Origin: Candidatus Zixiibacteriota bacterium
GTDB lineage: Bacteria; Zixibacteria; MSB-5A5; UBA10806; 4484-95
DNA length: 11,063 bases
Direction of reading: 5' to 3'
Assembly: GCA_029932605.1 (NCBI GenBank)
Contig: JAOZPT010000069.1
Location: forward strand, 1 to 11,063
Shown here: in pieces, positions 1-6,776 of the stretch
Layout: the number at the start of each line of letters is the position of its first letter
Numbering within the stretch: the stretch's first letter is position 1
The notes under the pieces: generated by a model
The model's database searches: none
What the model was told of the DNA's origin: nothing
The model's input: the letters and a program-made list of their open reading frames with translations, nothing else
Made by a program: the position numbers and the translations under genes

Positions 1-56
<56 letters not shown>

Positions 57-64
57 CTTACCAA

Positions 65-73
65 ATTATAACA
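65..73 (-). promoter_or_regulatory. Extended -10 promoter candidate (TG-T-TATAAT), proximal to tRNA-Phe
   Basis: Perfect TGnTATAAT ending 8 nt upstream of the mature tRNA 5' end. Confidence 0.5.
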
Positions 74-136
74 TAACAGCTCTTAATACCAGCAACTAAA
101 AAGGTAAAATATTACTACCTCAAGCTGCAATTTTTT

Positions 137-164
137 AATATATCAATTATAATTATCAGGTCAA
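137..164 (-). promoter_or_regulatory. Sigma70-type promoter candidate for tRNA-Phe (TTGACC-N16-TATATT)
   Basis: -35 TTGACC at 164..159 and -10 TATATT at 142..137. A 16-nt spacer is common in stable-RNA promoters. Confidence 0.55.
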
Positions 165-181
165 GAATTTTATCGATTGCC

Positions 182-1648
182 TTAAAACAATCCATATTTG
201 GATATCCTATCCCTGAGCGTGTTCCGTGATATACCCAATATCTCTGCCGCCTTGACCTGGTTAGAGCCGGTATACTTTAAGGCAGCTGAAATCATAGCCT
301 TTTCAAGAGCTGAGTTTAAGTGATGATAGATATGGTTGCCCGATATATCAACAATCTTATTGAAATTTTTGTTTATTATATCCGTGAACATCTTGCAATA
401 ATCTTCCTCCATTTTTGAAAGATCAAGCTCGACCGTCTCTACCTCTCCGGATAAAACGGGGAAATGTTCCGGTAGCAATACATCACCCTTAGACATAACC
501 ACCGCCGTATGGACATTGTTCTCAAGCTCACGAATATTACCCGGCCAGGGGTATAACATAAGACCATTTAAAGCATCTTTGGAAACACTTAAATATTTCC
601 GTTCTGTATGTCTTGTATACATTTTTATGAAATGGTCAACCAGAAGAGGGATATCGGCACGTCGTTCCCGCAGTGGAGGAAGGTATATCGAAACGACTTT
701 CAACCGATAATAGAGATCGACCCTGAATGTCCCTTCTTTTATCATATTTACCAGCGACTTGTTGGTGGCGGCAATAATCCGTACATCAACCTTGATTGTA
801 GAATTACCTCCAACACGCTCAAACTCCTGCTCCTGTAAAATACGTAAGACCTTGCTTTGAGTCATTAAAGACATGTCCGCTACTTCATCTAAAAATATCG
901 TACCTGCATTGCACTGCTCAAACTTGCCCAATTTCCGAGTGAAGGCTCCGGTAAACGACCCCCTCTCATGGCCAAAAAGCTCCGACTCTAAGAGTGCCTC
1001 AGGTAACGCAGCACAGTTGACAGTCAGAAAGGGCTTATCAAACCTGAGCGAATTAGCGAAAATTGACCTGGCCACTAACTCCTTACCCGTACCGGATTCA
1101 CCCATAATCAACACTGATGCATCAGTTGTTGCCACCTGTCCAATAATCTTGGCAATCTCCACCATCTCCGGCGTTTTGCCTATAATTGCTCCCTCAATAG
1201 CTTTGGGAGCAACGCTAAAAGTAGAAAGCCCTCGCATAGGTGGTGTCTTTCTCACTAACCGATTTACTATCCCCATCAACCGGTCTATATCGAAGGGTTT
1301 GGTGATAAACTCGTGAGCACCAAGCTTCATCGCCTCAATAGCTGAATCAGTTGATATAAATCCTGTCATCACCAGAACCGGAAGCTCCCCCTTTTTCCCC
1401 TTTATCTCTTTTAATACATCCATCCCCGAAAAATCCGGCAGATTAACATCTAAAAGCACAAGATCATAATCATTAGCAAAGACCTTACTGAGAGCCTCAT
1501 TACCGGTTTCGGCAGTATCCAAACTATAACTGAACTGGCCAAAACATTCCTTGAGAGCTTTAATTACACTCTTGTCATCATCAACAAGGAGTATTGAAGC
1601 TTTTACTAGCTTCTTCTTAGCTATCGTATTTTGTTGATTGTCAATCAT
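182..1648 (-). CDS. Sigma54-dependent two-component response regulator, NtrC/AtoC family (REC + AAA+ + Fis-type HTH)
   Basis: Receiver domain: ILLVDDD, DLVLLD (phospho-Asp), MTG, FITKPF. AAA+ domain: Walker A GESGTGKE, ESELFGHERGSFTGA, Walker B IFLDEV, FRVDLYYRL, WPGNIREL. C-terminal HTH: NQVKAAEILGISRNTL. No clear Shine-Dalgarno upstream of ATG 1648, and an in-frame stop upstream rules out a longer ORF. Confidence 0.96.
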   Translation of the reverse strand: MIDNQQNTIAKKKLVKASILLVDDDKSVIKALKECFGQFSYSLDTAETGNEALSKVFANDYDLVLLDVNLPDFSGMDVLKEIKGKKGELPVLVMTGFISTDSAIEAMKLGAHEFITKPFDIDRLMGIVNRLVRKTPPMRGLSTFSVAPKAIEGAIIGKTPEMVEIAKIIGQVATTDASVLIMGESGTGKELVARSIFANSLRFDKPFLTVNCAALPEALLESELFGHERGSFTGAFTRKLGKFEQCNAGTIFLDEVADMSLMTQSKVLRILQEQEFERVGGNSTIKVDVRIIAATNKSLVNMIKEGTFRVDLYYRLKVVSIYLPPLRERRADIPLLVDHFIKMYTRHTERKYLSVSKDALNGLMLYPWPGNIRELENNVHTAVVMSKGDVLLPEHFPVLSGEVETVELDLSKMEEDYCKMFTDIINKNFNKIVDISGNHIYHHLNSALEKAMISAALKYTGSNQVKAAEILGISRNTLRDRISKYGLF

Positions 1649-1739
1649 TTTAAAGAAATATTCAAAAACCCAACCAGCTCATCCTGGCTTTAACCAGTAA
1701 AACTATTAATTAAAGAAGACTTCCCTACTATCACGATTA

Positions 1740-1766
1740 TTATCGACAAATTGGCAGAAGTCTTGT
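1740..1766 (-). promoter_or_regulatory. Possible sigma28 (FliA)-like promoter, ACAAG-N14-GTCGATAA
   Basis: GTCGATAA at 1747..1740 is one mismatch from GCCGATAA. ACAAG at 1766..1762 is at the expected spacing. The site lies about 90 nt upstream of the response regulator ATG. Confidence 0.3.
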
Positions 1767-1876
1767 GAAAAGAATTAAATTCAGTGAAAAAATCTCAGGG
1801 ATTTGTGTCATTTATAATGGTTGAAAAATTAAAAATTCAAATAGATAGTAGATATTTTAAACTGATATAATAACAT

Positions 1877-4690
1877 TTAACGCTTGTTCATTTTTCCCAG
1901 ATGTATTTTAACACATTCCAACAGATTTTTCAGGTTCGGACAAAGCTGTAACTCCGGCTCGACTGATTCGGAAAAATACCGACCATATTTCTTACTGCTT
2001 AACCGCGAATCGAGCACCACCACACAGCCAACATCTGTTTTTTTACGGATTAATCGCCCGAAACCCTGGCGAAACTTAATTACCGCTTCAGGAAGAGAAA
2101 ATTCGATAAATGGATTACCACCAGCGGCTTCTATTTTCTCGAGATTGGCTTTAATCCACGGTCTATCTGGAACCGAAAAGGGCAGTTTAGTGATAACCAG
2201 AAGTTCCAGCTCTTCGCCGGGAAGATCCACACCCTCCCAGAAACTATCAGTTCCAAACATAATACCCCGAGGTGAACAACGATAACGCGACAACAACTGA
2301 AATGGACTTATACTTCCATCCTGAACAAACAACTCAAACCCCTCATCCATCAAGCGGCCACCAATTGTTTCAACAACAGAAGCAATACTTTTATAAGAAG
2401 TAAATAGAACCATCCCCCGGATTTTAGTCAACCGAAAAAGCTCAAATATAACCTCTGCTACCTGCCTGTTAAAATCCATTAAATTGGGCTGCATTACAAA
2501 ACCTGCCTCGAAAAATCCGATATTCTCAGTGAGATTAAATGGGCTATCCAGGGCAAGTTGGCATGTGCGACCAGCTGCCTTTAAGTTCAAGCCAAGACGG
2601 TTCTTGTAATACGTGAAATCGCCTGCTACTGACAATGTCGCAGAACTTAATATCAGTGTTTTTAGATGGTCATAAAACTTCTCATCAAGAATCTTACCCA
2701 CCTCCAGAGGAGCACATAGGATCTTTACACCCCCATGCTTTGTCATCTCCATCCAGTAAACATATTCCTTATCATCAGCATCGATAAGAAAACTAAAACC
2801 CAGACGGAGTTCACGTAAATCCTGAGCCAGAGCCTTTCCTCTTAACACCAATTCGTTTTTGCCCTTCAGCTGGTCATACTCTGTAAGTTCATCTGCGAAA
2901 GCCATTAAATACGACTCAAGCTTTTTTAAAGATGTCCGGCAATTTTCTATGACATCATCCTGAACATATTTTGAGATATTGTTATAACTTATTTCCCTTA
3001 CGTTACTTCTCCCTTTAACATGTCGTGAAAAAGAGCTGGCGAGTCTATCGAAAAATTCATTGCTGTCATTTCGAGCTTGGCCAAGCACTCTCTGAACTTT
3101 ACTGATATTCTTATTGATAACATCACTGCTAACCCTATCTAACGATGCTGATTTAATCTTTACCAGCGCTAAAAAACCGGTCTCTACCGGCCTGACCGTG
3201 AAAACTTTATTAAAAAGCGATATAAACTGACCATGACCGACCTCCAAACCAAGATACAATGCCGCCACCTTCTCAAGGTTATGAGCCTCATCCAAAATAG
3301 CATGACCAGACATGGCTAACATATCACCGCCCGAGGCAAAATCAGAAAAAAGAAGGTGATGATTGACCACCCTGATGTGAGCCGTTAAAGATTCATCTCT
3401 GACGCGAAAGAGGAAACATCTGCTGTAATAACGGCATGTTCTCCCAAGACAAAAATTACCTTCGCAGGATATCCGTTCCCATAAATACGGCCAGCGCCAA
3501 ACATGAAAACCGCTGCATTCCGATATATCACCTGTTTTTGTCGTCTCAGCCCAGACAACTAATGCCATTAAAGCCAATCTTTCATTAGCGCTAAAAGAGC
3601 TTATAACCTCATTGAGGAATTCGTAATATTTAAACAAACAGAGATAATTGCCTCGCCCTTTCAATAAAACGGCCTTGAACTTAAAATCAAGAGTCCTCAT
3701 AAGAAGAGGGATATCCTTATTGAACAATTGGTCCTGAAGGTTTTTGGTTTGGGTTGAAACGACAACACCTTCCCCATTTGCATTTGCCCATAATATAGCC
3801 GGCACCAGATATGCAAGCGATTTGCCTATACCGGTAGGCGCTTCCGCTAATAATATCTCCGAGCGGTTGAAAGCGCCAGCGACCTCGGCAGCCATACGTA
3901 ACTGTTGAGGCCGTTCCTCATAATCATCAAGCACCTGCCGAAAACGGTTATCGAATATCTCATTGATATCATCGTTATTTACATCTCGATAGTCTTCTGA
4001 AGGCTCAATCTCCGAACTACCGATGACGTTATCGCCAAAATCATATTCGTAATCAATCGGTTGGGGTACACATTCCGGAAGTTCATTTATAGATGACAAT
4101 ACATTTCCCCTAGCCTGTTGTCCAAACATGAGACCAGCGGTAAAATTTTTTATCTTCTGTGGAAAACGAGCCAAAGCGGCAAGCTCATAAAGATAAACTT
4201 CCGAGGTGACCTCGGCATCAATATATGCCCTGTGATCAGGTTTCTTTGACAAACCGATAAAATTAGCTAAATGAGAAAGGCTGTAACTTTTCAATCCAGG
4301 CCAGATAAGACGCGCCAGTGCACTCGTATCAATAAAATAAACATCAATAATAGACCTATACAAGGATGAGAGATGAAGTCTTAGAAAAGACAGGTCAAAC
4401 CTTACATTTTGCCCAACCACCAAAGGAATATCTCCAAGAAACTTTTCAAACTCTGCGATAACTTCATCAATGCCTGAAGCCGATGATACCATCTCATCGT
4501 TTATACCTGTCAGTTTGACTATATCAGTCGGAATGGATACTCCCGGGTTGATAAGTTTCGAAAAGGTTGCGGTTCTTTTTCCCCTTTTATATCTTACTGC
4601 ACCTATCTCGATAATTTTATCAACCCCCGGATCTAAACCGGTAGTTTCAATATCAAGGCATATAAATGTGTCAAGTTTTATGTTCACCAA
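1877..4690 (-). CDS. dinG: DinG-family SF2 helicase with N-terminal DEDDh (DnaQ-like) 3'-5' exonuclease domain
   Basis: Exonuclease motifs: LDIETTG, GQNVRFD, HRAYID. Helicase motifs: Q motif ERPQQ, Walker A EAPTGIGKS, DEAH, SATL, LFTSY, FWEGVD, QGFGRLIR. Cys cluster NYLC...CEGNFCLGRTCRYYSRC. The start is TTG 4690 or GTG 4687, downstream of AAGGG. Confidence 0.93.
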   Translation of the reverse strand: MVNIKLDTFICLDIETTGLDPGVDKIIEIGAVRYKRGKRTATFSKLINPGVSIPTDIVKLTGINDEMVSSASGIDEVIAEFEKFLGDIPLVVGQNVRFDLSFLRLHLSSLYRSIIDVYFIDTSALARLIWPGLKSYSLSHLANFIGLSKKPDHRAYIDAEVTSEVYLYELAALARFPQKIKNFTAGLMFGQQARGNVLSSINELPECVPQPIDYEYDFGDNVIGSSEIEPSEDYRDVNNDDINEIFDNRFRQVLDDYEERPQQLRMAAEVAGAFNRSEILLAEAPTGIGKSLAYLVPAILWANANGEGVVVSTQTKNLQDQLFNKDIPLLMRTLDFKFKAVLLKGRGNYLCLFKYYEFLNEVISSFSANERLALMALVVWAETTKTGDISECSGFHVWRWPYLWERISCEGNFCLGRTCRYYSRCFLFRVRDESLTAHIRVVNHHLLFSDFASGGDMLAMSGHAILDEAHNLEKVAALYLGLEVGHGQFISLFNKVFTVRPVETGFLALVKIKSASLDRVSSDVINKNISKVQRVLGQARNDSNEFFDRLASSFSRHVKGRSNVREISYNNISKYVQDDVIENCRTSLKKLESYLMAFADELTEYDQLKGKNELVLRGKALAQDLRELRLGFSFLIDADDKEYVYWMEMTKHGGVKILCAPLEVGKILDEKFYDHLKTLILSSATLSVAGDFTYYKNRLGLNLKAAGRTCQLALDSPFNLTENIGFFEAGFVMQPNLMDFNRQVAEVIFELFRLTKIRGMVLFTSYKSIASVVETIGGRLMDEGFELFVQDGSISPFQLLSRYRCSPRGIMFGTDSFWEGVDLPGEELELLVITKLPFSVPDRPWIKANLEKIEAAGGNPFIEFSLPEAVIKFRQGFGRLIRKKTDVGCVVVLDSRLSSKKYGRYFSESVEPELQLCPNLKNLLECVKIHLGKMNKR

Positions 4691-4796
4691 CTCAAACCCT
4701 TATTTTTAAGCCAAAGAAATATACTAAATAAGAAACCAATCAATACTTTTCAACAACCGCGCTATCAAGACGTTCAAGTTTTCCCGTTTTACACTT

Positions 4797-6479
4797 TCAG
4801 AGCGATTTATCACCCGCGGGATTTCTACCATCTTTCATAAATAACAATACGGCTCTGGCCTCATAAATCACAAACAGACCCAATCCAATAAGAAGAATCG
4901 AGAGTATTGCTAAAACGATATTACCCTTTTGCACAAAACCAATCATCTTATAAACAAGCGCACCAATGGTGGTGGCTATCATAAAAAAGGCTGGGATGAC
5001 AGTGTAGATACGGGGTTTTTTAATGCCTACCAAGTAGGCCGAGATGACAATAAGGGCTAACGCTGCTACCAATTGATTAGCCGCTCCGAAAACAGGCCAG
5101 ATTGTTTTATAGCCTCCGCTTGTACCAAGGAAAGCAGCCACCAAGACAGTTATCACTGTTACCACGTACTTGTTGCCAAAGAGCTTAAATTTCTCGCCAA
5201 GCGATTCAACGAATATAAATCTGGCCAAACGAGTAGCAGTATCAAGAGTAGTAATTACAAAAGCATTAAGCATTAACATACCTATATACATTCCAGCAAC
5301 AAGCGTTAAGACCGGAAGGCTGGAAACTATCTTACCAAAACCATGGGAAAATGCCACAATTGGACCACCACCAGCTCCCATTAAATATTGATATCCGAAT
5401 TCAGATTTTACCGCCGACGGGTCCCAGATTAAAGCACCTGCTGCAACGGCAATCACCAGCGTGGCTAAAATCGCCTCGGTTATCATAGCCCCGTAACCAA
5501 TAACTAATCCTTGTCTTTCACGATCAAGTTGTTTGGAGGAGGTACCGCCTGAGACAAGCGAATGGAAACCTGAGACCGCCCCGCAGGCAATTATCACAAA
5601 CATCATTGGCCACATCGGCCCCTCTTTCGAGCTGAAAGACACAACTGCTGGTGCCTCCATATGAGGATGTAATACAATAAGTCCTAAAAAACCCAGACCC
5701 ATTCCAATATACAAAAGCCAGGAGGAGATATAATCCCGTGGCTGAAGAAGTATCCAGACAGGAATGGTTGAGGCGAAAACACAGTAAAGCATAAGAATAC
5801 AAAACCAGAAATTTAATGCGCTCATGCCGACCACCGTCTCCGGCAGAATCACCGGCACATTTTCACCTATATACAGAAGAAGAGCTAACAGGCTAAGGGC
5901 TAAAACTGTTCCGATAAGGATTGGCCACTTAAGGCGATATATGGTATAACCAAATAAAATGGCGACCAATATCAGGCCAAAAGTTGGTATGACTATCTCC
6001 GGTTGTGCAATAAAGGTCTTTGCGGTTATCACAGCAAAAACGGCAACCACCAGCACTAAAGCCAGCCAGAGAAAGGTGGCGAATATCGATTTTGAAAGCG
6101 TGCCGAGTGTTTGCTGAGCTGTCTGGCTGATTGAACGGCCGTTGTTTCTAACCGATGTCATTAATGCAAGATAATCGTGCACCGCACCGATAAAAACAGA
6201 ACCAAAAGCTATCCATAACGATGACAACAACCAGCCAAAATACATCACGCCAAGAAGCGGTCCGACGATCGGGCCAGCTCCAGCAATGGATGAAAAATGG
6301 TGGCCGAACAAAAGCGGAATCCTCGCCGGTGAATAATCCACTCCATCATAATTTGAATGAGCCGGCGTGGGCTTTGTATCATCAGGTTCAACCAGTCGCC
6401 TCTCGATAAATTTACCGTAAACTTTGTAACCAATAATCAACCAGGATACGATGATTGCAACCCAGAGTAGCGAGTTCAT
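4797..6479 (-). CDS. cstA: Carbon starvation protein A family transporter (peptide/pyruvate uptake)
   Basis: Signature segments PTPAH..DGVDYSP, LFGHHFSSIAGAGPIVGP, GAVHDY, WILLQPRDY, IACGAVSGFHSL, TTLDTATRLARF, IWPVFGAANQL. Many hydrophobic helices. GGGAGG RBS upstream of the ATG. Confidence 0.96.
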   Translation of the reverse strand: MNSLLWVAIIVSWLIIGYKVYGKFIERRLVEPDDTKPTPAHSNYDGVDYSPARIPLLFGHHFSSIAGAGPIVGPLLGVMYFGWLLSSLWIAFGSVFIGAVHDYLALMTSVRNNGRSISQTAQQTLGTLSKSIFATFLWLALVLVVAVFAVITAKTFIAQPEIVIPTFGLILVAILFGYTIYRLKWPILIGTVLALSLLALLLYIGENVPVILPETVVGMSALNFWFCILMLYCVFASTIPVWILLQPRDYISSWLLYIGMGLGFLGLIVLHPHMEAPAVVSFSSKEGPMWPMMFVIIACGAVSGFHSLVSGGTSSKQLDRERQGLVIGYGAMITEAILATLVIAVAAGALIWDPSAVKSEFGYQYLMGAGGGPIVAFSHGFGKIVSSLPVLTLVAGMYIGMLMLNAFVITTLDTATRLARFIFVESLGEKFKLFGNKYVVTVITVLVAAFLGTSGGYKTIWPVFGAANQLVAALALIVISAYLVGIKKPRIYTVIPAFFMIATTIGALVYKMIGFVQKGNIVLAILSILLIGLGLFVIYEARAVLLFMKDGRNPAGDKSL

Positions 6480-6533
6480 TTATCCCTCCCAAATCATACT
6501 ATTTAAAAATTACACTCGAATATCCCCAATTTT

Positions 6534-6579
6534 TGCCATCAAAACTTCAATAGCTATTTACCTTAAAAGACTGATGGCA
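6534..6579 (-). other. Predicted hairpin in the cstA 5' leader
   Basis: 8-bp perfect inverted repeat TGCCATCA (6534-6541) / TGATGGCA (6572-6579), extendable inward with G-U pairs and CUUU/GAAG on the transcript. Confidence 0.5.
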
Positions 6580-6592
6580 CTTAATAGATTTA

Positions 6593-6621
6593 ATTATAGA
6601 AATATGAAAACATTATGTAAA
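6593..6621 (-). promoter_or_regulatory. cstA proximal sigma70-type promoter (TTTACA-N17-TATAAT)
   Basis: -35 TTTACA at 6621..6616, 17-nt spacer, perfect TATAAT at 6598..6593. Confidence 0.65.
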
Positions 6622-6692
6622 GCCTTAATTAAGATTGCATGCTTAAATGATTGAAAATATAAAGATGCAATATTTAAAGCTATACCGCGATA

Positions 6693-6720
6693 ACTATAAA
6701 GAAGTATGACAGCCTGTCAA
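6693..6720 (-). promoter_or_regulatory. cstA distal sigma70-type promoter (TTGACA-N16-TATAGT), overlapped by the palindrome TGACAG-N-CTGTCA
   Basis: Perfect TTGACA at 6720..6715 and TATAGT at 6698..6693. Dyad at 6707-6719. Confidence 0.6.
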
Positions 6721-6776
6721 GTATTTTTATTACATATAGATTATTATTTAAGCTAACCGGTATTTTTAAGCAGGGC

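Noticed and set aside
1752..1767. Sigma54-like TGGCAGAAGTCTTGTG on the plus strand
   Set aside because: It has GT rather than GC at -12 and points antisense toward the 3' end of dinG, with no gene to drive.
1877..4690. DinG as a type IV CRISPR (CasDinG) or defence helicase
   Set aside because: No cas genes or repeat-spacer array in the window; the context and exonuclease fusion fit a housekeeping DinG.
4691..4796. LexA/SOS box upstream of dinG
   Set aside because: No CTGT-N8-ACAG or GAAC-N4-GTTC match; only short CTTGA repeats. A lineage-specific box cannot be excluded.
6451..6654. 67-aa plus-strand ORF divergent from cstA
   Set aside because: Overlaps the cstA start, leader and promoter; no RBS; composition simply reflects AT-rich intergenic DNA.
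6634..6671. ATTGCAT/ATGCAAT inverted repeat between the two cstA promoters
   Set aside because: 7-bp AT-rich arms with a 24-nt spacer are plausible by chance, and there is no sigma54 site upstream of cstA to make it an enhancer.
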